Positions 38,036 to 47,215 of a stretch of 60,283 nt of DNA are shown in pieces. Where the stretch lies: the NCBI GenBank assembly GCA_029858565.1, contig JAOUEV010000014.1, forward strand, positions 1 to 60,283. Direction: 5' to 3'. Numbering within the stretch: position 1 is the stretch's first letter; the number at the start of each line of letters is the position of its first letter. The DNA is from Nitrospirota bacterium. GTDB taxonomy: Bacteria; Nitrospirota; UBA9217. The notes under the pieces are model-generated. The model searched no databases and was not told the DNA's origin. It worked only from the letters and a program-made list of their open reading frames with translations. The position numbers and the translations under genes were made by a program.

Positions 38036-38785
38036 GTGAAGGCTCTTGAGACTCAAGGCATATCAAAAGGATTTGCTGGAAATATCGGCGTCAAGAGGAT
38101 ACAGGCGCTGTCCGATCTGAACTTGCAGATCGACCAGGGTGAAGTCTTTGGATTTCTCGGCCCAAATGGTGCGGGTAAATCAACGTCTATTAAAATATTA
38201 TTGAATCTCATTTATCCGGACTCCGGTCGCGCAACCATTATGGGCAAGGACGTGAAGGAGAAGGAGGCGCGAAGGCGCGTAGGTTATCTTCCTGAAAACC
38301 CCTATTTCTATGACTATCTGTCCGCCGATGAATTACTCTGGTTCGCCGGACGTGTTTCTGGAATTGACAAAGAAGAGTTGAAAATTCGTGCTGACATGCT
38401 GCTTCACAAGGTAAATCTGCAGAAGGCGCGTTCAAGACATATAAGAACTTACTCAAAAGGGATGGTGCAGCGCGCTGGTCTTGCAATGGCGCTGATTCAT
38501 AATCCGGACATCATTATTCTCGATGAACCCATGAGCGGACTTGATCCCCTCGGAAGAAAGATGGTGGGTGATTTGATACTTGACCTAAAATCCCAGGGGA
38601 AAACGGTTTTCTTCTCCTCCCATATTCTGACAGATATCGAGCGGTTCTGCGACAGGGTTGGCATTATTGTGGGGGGGGAACTGCAACTGATGGATACATT
38701 GGACAACTTGTTAAAGAATAATGCGACGCTTGAGGATATTTTCCTGAAGGTCGTAGAAACAGCAGGCGGAGGGAACGAGGCATGA
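38036..38785 (+). CDS. ABC transporter ATP-binding protein (PilH/XapD-like)
   Basis: GPNGAGKST, YSKGM, LDEP, SSH; directly after the pilin. Confidence 0.88.
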   Translation: MKALETQGISKGFAGNIGVKRIQALSDLNLQIDQGEVFGFLGPNGAGKSTSIKILLNLIYPDSGRATIMGKDVKEKEARRRVGYLPENPYFYDYLSADELLWFAGRVSGIDKEELKIRADMLLHKVNLQKARSRHIRTYSKGMVQRAGLAMALIHNPDIIILDEPMSGLDPLGRKMVGDLILDLKSQGKTVFFSSHILTDIERFCDRVGIIVGGELQLMDTLDNLLKNNATLEDIFLKVVETAGGGNEA

Positions 38786-39594
38786 TAGTACTCTGGCCGA
38801 TAGCGGCAATCACTTTCAAGGAAGGCATCAGGGACAGGGCTCTTTACGGTATAACGCTTTTTGCGCTATCGCTTCTGGGTTTCAGCCTCCTGCTTTCGAA
38901 CATGGCGCCCCGTGATGTCGGGAAGGTGGCTGTGGATATGGCGCTTTCCACTATATCATTCGCTGGTTTGCTCCTCGTCTTGTTCGTGGGAATTAATCTC
39001 ATGGCAAAGGACCTGGACAAGAGAACGATCTACTCGGTCCTGTCCAGGCCTGTTTCCCGATCGGAGTACGTCGTCGGTAAATTCTTCGGGCTGTGCCTCC
39101 TGATCGTCGCAGTTGTGGTTTTCTTGAGCATATTTGCGCTTCTCTCCATCCTCATGCTCAAATTGAGTTACCCGAATTACTTTGAAAAGTTCGCCTGGTC
39201 CCTGGTAATCCTCGCGATCACATTCGAGGGCGCTATGCTGATACTTCTGTCAGCGATCAGTTTTTTCTTCGCTTCCCTGACGTCAACGTCTTTTGTCACG
39301 CTTGTGCTGACGGTCATATCCTACCTTATCGGAAACTCTATCCGTGACGTGAAAGCTCTAGTGGAGTCGCCCGCAGCGGCCGGTATCCAGATATCGCCTG
39401 TCATGGTTAAAACCGTGCAAGCCGCATACTACCTTTTCCCAAATCTCTCTTTGTTCGATGTCAAGATACAGGCTGCCCATGGCCTTCCGATCCCCTTAAA
39501 CTATATTCTCCTGCTTTTATTGTATTTTGTCGTCTATTCCAGCCTGGTGATCACGCTTGCGGCGCTGATTTTCAGGCGCAAGGAGTTCCCCTGA
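38782..39594 (+). CDS. ABC transporter permease (PilI-like)
   Basis: About 6 TM; KRTIYSVLSRPVSRSEYVVGKF; FPNL. Confidence 0.85.
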   Translation: MIVLWPIAAITFKEGIRDRALYGITLFALSLLGFSLLLSNMAPRDVGKVAVDMALSTISFAGLLLVLFVGINLMAKDLDKRTIYSVLSRPVSRSEYVVGKFFGLCLLIVAVVVFLSIFALLSILMLKLSYPNYFEKFAWSLVILAITFEGAMLILLSAISFFFASLTSTSFVTLVLTVISYLIGNSIRDVKALVESPAAAGIQISPVMVKTVQAAYYLFPNLSLFDVKIQAAHGLPIPLNYILLLLLYFVVYSSLVITLAALIFRRKEFP

Positions 39595-40457
39595 TGCGGA
39601 GGCTGTTGACGGCTGTCATATTCATGCTTCTTTGTATTGCGCACGTCGTTATTCTGGAAAAGGCGTCGGAGAGCAGGAATACGCTCCCTGTAGTCAATGA
39701 TACCGAGGAGATGGTTTTACCATCGTCGGTCCTGAAGATATCGTCCGGCGAATTCGACTCGCTCGTATCGGATTACCTTTTCCTCAAAATGCTGGTGTTT
39801 GCTGGTGAAAAAACAGACGAACGCGGAAGTGTGATCATGACTGATCAGGAATGGAGGCTGTTCTATCAAACGCTTGAAGCGTCGAGCGATCTGGATCCCT
39901 ATTTTGTCGATCCCTATTTCATCGGCAATGCGTTTCTGACCTGGGATGGGAACATGATCAAGGAGGCCAACGCTCTTTTGGAGAAGGGGAGCCGCCACCG
40001 CGATTGGGATTGGTCACTGCCTTTTTTTCTAGGGTTTAATCACTTTTTCTTTTTGGATGACAACGAAAAAGCCGGCACATATATGATGGAAGCGGCGCGC
40101 AGACCCGGAGCCAGCCCGAGTTTGGCAGGACTAGCGTCGAAACTTGCGTTCAAAGCCAATCGTGTCGAGACGTCAATCGCTTTTTTGGAAGAGATCCGGA
40201 ATAGCACCGAAGACGAAAGCCTCAGGAAACTCTACGAGACCAGGATTGAAGCGTTGAGGGCGATCCTTGTGTTGGAACAGGCGGTGGACGTTTACCGGAA
40301 AAAATACACGAAAAGGCCTCTGGAAATAGGTGATTTGATAACGGCAAAGATCATAGCGGAAATTCCGGTTGATCCATATGGAGGAAGGTTCTATATCGAC
40401 AAATCGGGATCGATAAAAACGACGAGTGAAAAAGAGTTACTGCCGCATCGCAGATGA
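39594..40457 (+). CDS. Pilus-associated TPR-like membrane protein (PilG/XapA-like)
   Basis: N-terminal TM, LDPYF..PY, W.LPF.LGF, C-terminal PVDPYGG; position in the pilA-ABC cassette. Confidence 0.65.
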   Translation: MRRLLTAVIFMLLCIAHVVILEKASESRNTLPVVNDTEEMVLPSSVLKISSGEFDSLVSDYLFLKMLVFAGEKTDERGSVIMTDQEWRLFYQTLEASSDLDPYFVDPYFIGNAFLTWDGNMIKEANALLEKGSRHRDWDWSLPFFLGFNHFFFLDDNEKAGTYMMEAARRPGASPSLAGLASKLAFKANRVETSIAFLEEIRNSTEDESLRKLYETRIEALRAILVLEQAVDVYRKKYTKRPLEIGDLITAKIIAEIPVDPYGGRFYIDKSGSIKTTSEKELLPHRR

Positions 40458-40510
40458 TGATGCCGCATGCGCATGTTGCGGTTGTTGTATTTAGGTAACG
40501 GGTGTATCGC

Positions 40511-40978
40511 CTACCGTCCCATCCGCTTCTCTTCCTGCCTCATATCCAGCTGTTTCAGCCGTTCTATATTCTTGTTCAGTCGGTCGTTTTCGCGCCTCGC
40601 GTCAAGAATGGCCTTGATAGCGTGACGCCAGTTGCGCGCATCATTGGTCAGTTCGTGATTTGGATACTGCGTAATGAACTCATCAAGCTTTGCAAGGGAC
40701 TGTGCATAGTCTTTCTGCTGGTTGTCCGCCGATACATAGACCATGGCTATGCCGTACAGGGCAAATGCGGACTCCGGTGAGTTTGGATGGTCTTGCATGA
40801 TCTTGCGATACGCATCGATTGCTCCCGTGAAATTCCCGGCTGTTGCAAGTTCGGAAGCATGTTTGACCTGCAGCGCTTCGGCTGACTCCCGAGATCCGGG
40901 ATGGGCGCCGGGAAAGATGGCGCATCCGGCGACAGCCAAGGAGAGAGTAAATATCCCGATCAGGTAAAACTTGGTCAT
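40511..40978 (-). CDS. TPR lipoprotein with C-terminal coiled coil
   Basis: VAGC lipobox; TPR-like helices; C-terminal LNKNIERLKQLD; ATGA overlap with the upstream GGDEF gene. Confidence 0.75.
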   Translation of the reverse strand: MTKFYLIGIFTLSLAVAGCAIFPGAHPGSRESAEALQVKHASELATAGNFTGAIDAYRKIMQDHPNSPESAFALYGIAMVYVSADNQQKDYAQSLAKLDEFITQYPNHELTNDARNWRHAIKAILDARRENDRLNKNIERLKQLDMRQEEKRMGR

Positions 40979-42378
40979 CCGGTCCTCCGTTTGTCGATCA
41001 CATACACGCTCTTGGGTATCGTTTTCGCGTAGTCCTTGAGTTCAGCGGCGATCTCGGATGCTTCAAGCGGGCTGTTGATCTGGCGCCGTTCGTTAGTGAC
41101 GATCGCGATCGATATGGTCATGATCGGGAACTTCATGTCGATTCCTTGACGCGTCTTACCCAATATGTACCCATTCTTCAGGTCTGATTCTTCATAAAAT
41201 TCCTGGATACGTCGGTCAAAGCTGCTGATGACCTCTTCACAGATCGGCCGCATGCGTTCAGGAACGGTTATAACGACGAAATCATCTCCGCCGATATGTC
41301 CGGTGAAATCATCGGACGCGCCCTTTACCTTGACCGCGTGTTCGATAATATGCGCCGTTTCCTTGAGAACTTCGCTGCCCTGGGCATAGCCGTAGCGGTC
41401 ATTATAGGATTTGAAATTATCGAGGTCAAACGTACACAGCGCGAGCGGGAGTTTGTTCTCGATCCTTTTCTTGAGGATATTTTCAATGGCGATCCCGCCG
41501 GGGAGACGGGTCAGGGGACTGGCATCGAGATACATCTCTTCCAGTTTTTTGAGCCGTGCTGCCATATCTACAAAGGCAGTGGAAAGGACCCCGATCTCGT
41601 CGCTGGTCTTGATCTGGGGGTCATAGCTGAAATTGCCTTCAGCGATCTGTCGCGTGGCGACCTTGAGCTTGTTGATAGAAGAGGAAATATGATGCGTTAC
41701 AACAAGGCTGCCGAGGATCCCGAGCAGGATGCTGAGGATCGAAAGCAGTGCCGTCATGAAAAATGCAGACCTTCCGATAAAGCGGATCTGCTCCATTTTC
41801 GTGTCACGGGCCTTGCTTGCCTTGCCCGACTCTCCTCGCAGAAGCTCTATGATCTTTTCAGATTTCTTTTTTAGCTGGCCATTCGATATTTTCTGCGCCT
41901 GCTCCCGCTTTCCAGCCTGAATGAGTCCGACCTCTTTCTGGAAAAAACCGGTATATTCAGTGTACAGGGTCTCGAGTTTGTCGAAAGAGGCATATCCGTG
42001 ATTCGGCAGGGTTTTTATGGTGTTGAACCATTGACGAAATTCTTCGCCGCGCTTCAGGAAGAGGGTCTTCATATCCGGACTATTGAGAATGAGGTAACGC
42101 TTTTCGTAGGTATCCTGGGCAATGATCGCTTCCAGCATTTTGTCCGATGCATCCTGGATGGGAACGTCCACGGTAACGATGCTGTTCGTCAAATTATTGA
42201 GTCGTTGAAGACTGATGAGTGCATAGGACACGACAACAACGGTCAGAAGTACCAGGACCATGTATCCGGCAAGCATTTTGCTCGCGATATCGAGACGACC
42301 GAACAGCTCTTTAGGAGTCAGGAACTCGAGGAATGCGGAGGGAACTATGTCGGTCAATTTTGAAATTCGAAAATTCAC
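40975..42378 (-). CDS. Membrane sensor dinucleotide cyclase (2TM + periplasmic helical domain + HAMP + GGDEF), Hypr-type signature
   Basis: Two TM helices, HAMP (DEIGVLSTAF), DLDNFKSYNDRYGYAQGSEVL, HIGGDDF. Confidence 0.88.
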   Translation of the reverse strand: MNFRISKLTDIVPSAFLEFLTPKELFGRLDIASKMLAGYMVLVLLTVVVVSYALISLQRLNNLTNSIVTVDVPIQDASDKMLEAIIAQDTYEKRYLILNSPDMKTLFLKRGEEFRQWFNTIKTLPNHGYASFDKLETLYTEYTGFFQKEVGLIQAGKREQAQKISNGQLKKKSEKIIELLRGESGKASKARDTKMEQIRFIGRSAFFMTALLSILSILLGILGSLVVTHHISSSINKLKVATRQIAEGNFSYDPQIKTSDEIGVLSTAFVDMAARLKKLEEMYLDASPLTRLPGGIAIENILKKRIENKLPLALCTFDLDNFKSYNDRYGYAQGSEVLKETAHIIEHAVKVKGASDDFTGHIGGDDFVVITVPERMRPICEEVISSFDRRIQEFYEESDLKNGYILGKTRQGIDMKFPIMTISIAIVTNERRQINSPLEASEIAAELKDYAKTIPKSVYVIDKRRTG

Positions 42379-42424
42379 GCCTTTAGCTTAACAAACCTTC
42401 CCAAGAATGTCAAATATTTCATTA

Positions 42425-44434
42425 TTATTCAGGTGATTCGTCCTGGATCGCACTCTCGGGAACATCCTGGATCTGCTCATCGCAGTATCGCCGCGGTTCC
42501 GTCCCGGGAAGAAAAGCTTCTCGCAAGGATACGGTGCATTGTTCGGAACTCAACAGGCCTGACCGTGGATCGATGTTCTTGAAGATGATATTGGCAGGAA
42601 CGGGAAAATCCGCTGGCTCGGTCCCCCTGAGAGCCTGCTTCATGAATGTCATCCAGAGGGGAAGCGCTGCCCGGGCGCCGGTGGCTTTTGAACCGAGGCT
42701 GCGCTGATCATCATAGCCCACCCATACGCCGGCAGCCAGGGTCGGTGTATATCCTATGAACCAGGCATCCCGATAATCATTGGTGGTGCCTGTTTTGCCG
42801 GCGACCGGGCGGCCGAGTTCCCGTGCTTTCCACCCTGTGCCGCGTTCCACGACGCCTTTCAGCAGATTGGTGATAATATACGCTGTTTCCGGCCTCATTG
42901 CTTGAACAGGCGCCGGTTCATTGGAATAGAGTATGCGACCAGTGCTGTCGGTGATCTGGATGATCGCCACCGGATCGAGCCGGATGCCCTGATTGGCAAA
43001 AGTCGCGTAGACCGACGTAAGCTCAAGCAGAGTAATGTCCGAACTACCCAAGGCGAGAGAAGGGACTTCCTTCAACGCGCTATTAATACCCAGTTTTTTT
43101 GCAAATCTCACGGCATCTTCCATCCCTATGTCGGCAAGGAGCCTGACCGTAGGAACATTTAAGGACTGGGCCAGCGCCTTTCTGAGCGTCACGCTACCCT
43201 GGAACGTGCGGGTAAAGTTTTCAGGCATCCACGTGTTTTTTCCGTCCAGCTTAACGGTCAAAGGGGCATCTGTGAGCCGATCTACGGCACTGTAGCCCTT
43301 TTCAATGGCAGCGGCATATACCACGGGTTTAAAGGCCGATCCCGGTTGCCTGAGAGCCTGCCAGGCACGGTTGAACTGACTTTCAGCATAGTCACGTCCC
43401 CCGACCATGGCAAGAATATGCCCGGTAGACGGAGAAATAACCACGAAGGCGGCCTGTACTTTGTATCCATCCGCAGCGGGTCGTTTCGTGTTTTTTTCCA
43501 GAGTTGCGAGCCAGGAGTGGACGCTGTCCTCTGCATAAGATTGAAGCGTATCATCGATGCTCGTATAAATATTCAATCCGCCTGAATAAAGGATGCCGGA
43601 ACCAAACCGCTCCTCCACTTTCTGGCGAATATATTCCACAAAATACGGCGCAGGATTGGGACCTTTCTGGACAAACTTCCGCTGATCAGGAAGGGGGCTC
43701 CGGTCCGCTTCGGACGCAGCCTCCTCAGATATGACCTTTAGCACCGTCATCCGCTGAAGAACATAAGAGCGTCTCTTTCTGGCGCCATCTGGCGAGAGGA
43801 AGGGGGAATAGTATTTTGGCGAGCGGGGCAAGCCGGCAAGAAGTGCGCATTCCGCCAAGGTAAGATCACGGGAATTCTTTCCGAAATAGGTCTGAGCAGC
43901 TGACTCGACGCCGTATGCACCGTTCCCGAAATAGATCTGGTTCAGGTAAAAGGACAGTATCTCTCTTTTTGTGTACCGCTGCTCGATCTTCAGTGCCAGA
44001 AGCATTTCTTTGAGTTTCCGCCGATAGTTCCTTTCCGGTGTCAGAAAGAGCACCTTGGCAAGCTGCTGGGTGAGCGTGCTGCCGCCCTCCAGGATCTTCC
44101 CGGCACGGATGTTCCGATAGGATGCGCGAAGGATGCCGCGGACATCGACACCGAAATGCGAGTTAAAGCGCGCGTCCTCGGTAGCGATCAACGCTTTGAT
44201 AAGCATATCCGGAACATCATTGATGTTCACCGGCGTCCGGTTCTCGAGAAAAAACTCGGCCAACAGCCGGTTAGAGCTTGAGTAGACCCGGGTTGTGATG
44301 CTCGGCTTATATTCTTCGAGCTGATGCACCTCGGGAAGGTCCCATACTGAATAGAGAATGAGGCCGATAGCGCCGCCGATCGCGATTGCCGTGATCACGA
44401 GCGCAAGAAGGCCCAGCGTTGTCCTTATATTCAT
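42425..44434 (-). CDS. mrcA: Class A penicillin-binding protein PBP1A family
   Basis: EDARF..H.G, GGSTLTQQ, RKLKE transglycosylase motifs; SAFK, SLN, KTG transpeptidase motifs. Confidence 0.9.
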   Translation of the reverse strand: MNIRTTLGLLALVITAIAIGGAIGLILYSVWDLPEVHQLEEYKPSITTRVYSSSNRLLAEFFLENRTPVNINDVPDMLIKALIATEDARFNSHFGVDVRGILRASYRNIRAGKILEGGSTLTQQLAKVLFLTPERNYRRKLKEMLLALKIEQRYTKREILSFYLNQIYFGNGAYGVESAAQTYFGKNSRDLTLAECALLAGLPRSPKYYSPFLSPDGARKRRSYVLQRMTVLKVISEEAASEADRSPLPDQRKFVQKGPNPAPYFVEYIRQKVEERFGSGILYSGGLNIYTSIDDTLQSYAEDSVHSWLATLEKNTKRPAADGYKVQAAFVVISPSTGHILAMVGGRDYAESQFNRAWQALRQPGSAFKPVVYAAAIEKGYSAVDRLTDAPLTVKLDGKNTWMPENFTRTFQGSVTLRKALAQSLNVPTVRLLADIGMEDAVRFAKKLGINSALKEVPSLALGSSDITLLELTSVYATFANQGIRLDPVAIIQITDSTGRILYSNEPAPVQAMRPETAYIITNLLKGVVERGTGWKARELGRPVAGKTGTTNDYRDAWFIGYTPTLAAGVWVGYDDQRSLGSKATGARAALPLWMTFMKQALRGTEPADFPVPANIIFKNIDPRSGLLSSEQCTVSLREAFLPGTEPRRYCDEQIQDVPESAIQDESPE

Positions 44435-44533
44435 GGAGTTCATTATACAACTGCTCATGTTGTTTTCACAAGATTGTCTCATGGACGCGGTAAGTAGCGT
44501 GGGATATCGAAAACAAGTGAATTGAAAAATGAC

Positions 44534-44562
44534 TTGCAATTGTTACCGCAATGTGATATTAA
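44534..44562 (+). promoter_or_regulatory. Putative sigma70 promoter of the rimP operon
   Basis: TTGCAA, 17-nt spacer, TATTAA with an extended TG. Confidence 0.5.
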
Positions 44563-44589
44563 GAACCATCACTCTGAGATTTATTTCGG

Positions 44590-44619
44590 GAGTGGGCAGG
44601 TTCCTTGCCCACTCTTTTT
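44590..44619 (+). promoter_or_regulatory. rimP leader terminator/attenuator hairpin
   Basis: GAGTGGGCA...TGCCCACTC + T-tract directly before rimP, matching the widespread rimP-leader hairpin. Confidence 0.75.
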
Positions 44620-44638
44620 ATTTGGCTGCAACCACTAA

Positions 44639-45100
44639 ATGTCTGATATTATTGGTAAAATAAAGCATCACTTGGTCCCTATCCTCGATGCAAAAGGTCT
44701 CACGCTCTGGGATCTTGAGTTTAAGAAGGATGGACCCAAATGGTTGCTCCGTCTCTTCATCGACAGGGAAGGAAGCGGAGTAACTCTCGACGACTGTGAA
44801 TCCGTGAGCAGGGACCTGAGCATGGTGCTTGATGTCGAGGATGCGATACCTCATGCCTACACGCTTGAGGTATCTTCTCCCGGACTGGACCGGACGCTCT
44901 CTCGCTTGGAGCATTACCAGAAATGCCTGGGAAAGCTCATTCGCATCAAGACGTTCCAGGCCATCGATGGTCAAAAGGTATTTCGCGGGGTACTGAAGGA
45001 CCTGCAAGGCACTATCGTGGTGCTCGGAACCGATAGCGGGACAGACCTGACATTGTCAATGGAAAACATCGCGAAAGCTTCGCTTGAGGTGGTTCTGTAG
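44639..45100 (+). CDS. rimP: Ribosome maturation factor RimP
   Basis: LRLFID, VTLDDC, YTLEVSSPGLDR. Confidence 0.95.
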   Translation: MSDIIGKIKHHLVPILDAKGLTLWDLEFKKDGPKWLLRLFIDREGSGVTLDDCESVSRDLSMVLDVEDAIPHAYTLEVSSPGLDRTLSRLEHYQKCLGKLIRIKTFQAIDGQKVFRGVLKDLQGTIVVLGTDSGTDLTLSMENIAKASLEVVL

Positions 45101-45214
45101 TCATGTGGTGCGAAGCTATCGGACGTCCTCATTCCGAGAATCCACATATCGTGCGGTTTTGCAGAACGCACAGCTGACTATCGTCTTTATTTTCATTCAG
45201 GAGGCAGGAGATCT

Positions 45215-46573
45215 ATGGGCCAGGAGTTGATTCAAGTCGTTGATCAGATCAGCAAGGAAAAGGGCATTTCCAAGGAAATGGTGATCGAGGCTGTAGAAAT
45301 GGCGCTGGTTAGCGCGGCGAAAAAGAAATACGGTGCGCAGCGGATCGCAGTGCAGATCGATCCGAAGCGTGGCGATATCCTGATGTATGCCTATAAGAAG
45401 GTGGTTGCCACGGTCGTAAATCCCGAGGAAGAGATCACTCTTGAAGAAGCGCAAGGGCTTTTTCCTGAAGCGCAGATGGACGGCGAGGTGCCTCTCCAAG
45501 TGGAGTTCGAGGGCTTCGGACGTATTGCCGCACAGACAGCTCGCCAGGTGATCGTGCAGAAAGTGCGGGAAGCGGAACGAGATGTGGTGTTCAAGGAGTT
45601 CAACGACAAGATCGGCCAATTGGTGAACGGTATTGTTTTGCGTCATGAGAAAGGCGCCTACTTCATCGATCTCGGAAAGACCGAGGCGGTCCTTCCGGCG
45701 CGGGAACAGGTGCCCCGGGAGAATTACCGGCGCGGTGACAGGATCCGCGCCTATGTGCTGGAAGTAAAAGATACCTCGAAGGGACCACAGGTCGTTCTCT
45801 CCCGCAGCCATCCGGAATTCGTAGCGAAACTGTTCGAGATGGAAGTTCCCGAGATCTACGAGAATATCGTGGAAATCAAAGGAGTGGTCCGCGAGGCTGG
45901 TGATCGTACGAAGATTGCCGTTGCATCAAAGGATTCCCAGGTAGACCCCGTGGGAGCGTGTGTCGGCATGAAGGGCGCCCGGGTGCAGGCAGTCGTTCGG
46001 GAACTTCGCGGTGAAAAGATCGACATCATCCCATGGTCCGAGGATCCCCGGGTATACATTGCAAAAGCCCTTAGCCCTGCGGTCGTCGAAAAGGTCGGCG
46101 TTACCGAGGAAGATCAGGCTGCACTGGCCGTTGTGGCCGATGCGCAGCTTTCGCTCGCTATCGGGAAAAAGGGACAGAACGTTCGTCTTGCCGCAAAGCT
46201 GTCCGGCTGGAAGATCGATATTCTCAGCGAGTCTGAATACGAACAGGAGCGCCAGAAAGAACGGGATCAGGAGATCGAGGCCGCTATTGCCGAGGAAACA
46301 AGAAAGATGGCCGAGGAGACCGGTGAAGCTGAAAGTGCTGCTGCAGAGTCGAGCGACACTGCTGATTCAGCTCTCCCAGAAGAGGCGACAGGTCTTTTGG
46401 GTATCGAAGGTGTCGGTCAGAAGACCGCAGAACAGCTAACTCAGGCAGGCTACGATACCATCGAAAAGGTGGCGGCCATGAACGACGAGGAGATCCTTGC
46501 GGTGCCGGGTATCGGTGACCGTATGGCCCAGAAGATTCTGCTCTCCGCCCGCGCCCTTTTGAACAAGGAATAA
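45215..46573 (+). CDS. nusA: Transcription termination factor NusA
   Basis: FGRIAAQTARQ, S1 and KH domains, GACVG, AIGKKGQNVRLA, C-terminal HhH. Confidence 0.97.
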   Translation: MGQELIQVVDQISKEKGISKEMVIEAVEMALVSAAKKKYGAQRIAVQIDPKRGDILMYAYKKVVATVVNPEEEITLEEAQGLFPEAQMDGEVPLQVEFEGFGRIAAQTARQVIVQKVREAERDVVFKEFNDKIGQLVNGIVLRHEKGAYFIDLGKTEAVLPAREQVPRENYRRGDRIRAYVLEVKDTSKGPQVVLSRSHPEFVAKLFEMEVPEIYENIVEIKGVVREAGDRTKIAVASKDSQVDPVGACVGMKGARVQAVVRELRGEKIDIIPWSEDPRVYIAKALSPAVVEKVGVTEEDQAALAVVADAQLSLAIGKKGQNVRLAAKLSGWKIDILSESEYEQERQKERDQEIEAAIAEETRKMAEETGEAESAAAESSDTADSALPEEATGLLGIEGVGQKTAEQLTQAGYDTIEKVAAMNDEEILAVPGIGDRMAQKILLSARALLNKE

Positions 46574-46589
46574 TAGACGGCTCATTACG

Positions 46590-47177
46590 ATGAAACATCA
46601 ACCGGAACGGACGTGCATCGGTTGCAGAAACACCTTTCCCAAGGATCAGGTGGTCAGGATCATCGCTGGCCCGCAGGGGGTCGTGATCGATTATCGTGAA
46701 AAACTGCCGGGACGGGCCGCCTATGTATGCGCGAAACCGGCATGCATTATTCAGGCCTTGACCCGTGATGTGTTGTCCCGTGCGCTCAAGACAAGGCTGG
46801 CGGTCGTTCCAGACAGAGGCGCTGTTATTACCATGATCGCCGATGCTGCCCAGCAGCGGATCCTTTCGCTGCTCTCCATGGCAGAAAAAGCGGGAAAACT
46901 TGCAACCGGTTCTTCCGCGGTAATCGATGCGCTTCAAAAGAAGCGTGTTCTTCTTCTTTTGTTTGCAGAAGATCTGTCCGAAGGCACCCGGGGGAATATT
47001 GCCGCTGCAGCTGGTGCAGGCATCGTCCGGATGATGACGATGTTCCATAAAAATGAACTGGGCCCGCTGCTCGGCCGCGAAGCTGCCGGTGTCTGTGCAA
47101 TTCTCGACAAAGGATTCGCTGACGCGATCTGGAACGAAAGCGAACGTGTAAAAAACTTGCGAAATGGGCATCAGTAG
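46590..47177 (+). CDS. YlxR (DUF448) - L7Ae (YlxQ) fusion protein
   Basis: [16 protein letters not shown] followed by L7Ae-like [19 protein letters not shown]. Confidence 0.85.
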   Translation: MKHQPERTCIGCRNTFPKDQVVRIIAGPQGVVIDYREKLPGRAAYVCAKPACIIQALTRDVLSRALKTRLAVVPDRGAVITMIADAAQQRILSLLSMAEKAGKLATGSSAVIDALQKKRVLLLLFAEDLSEGTRGNIAAAAGAGIVRMMTMFHKNELGPLLGREAAGVCAILDKGFADAIWNESERVKNLRNGHQ

Positions 47178-47215
47178 AGTACAATGACGCTGCAGATGAG
47201 GGGGAATGGTATTGT

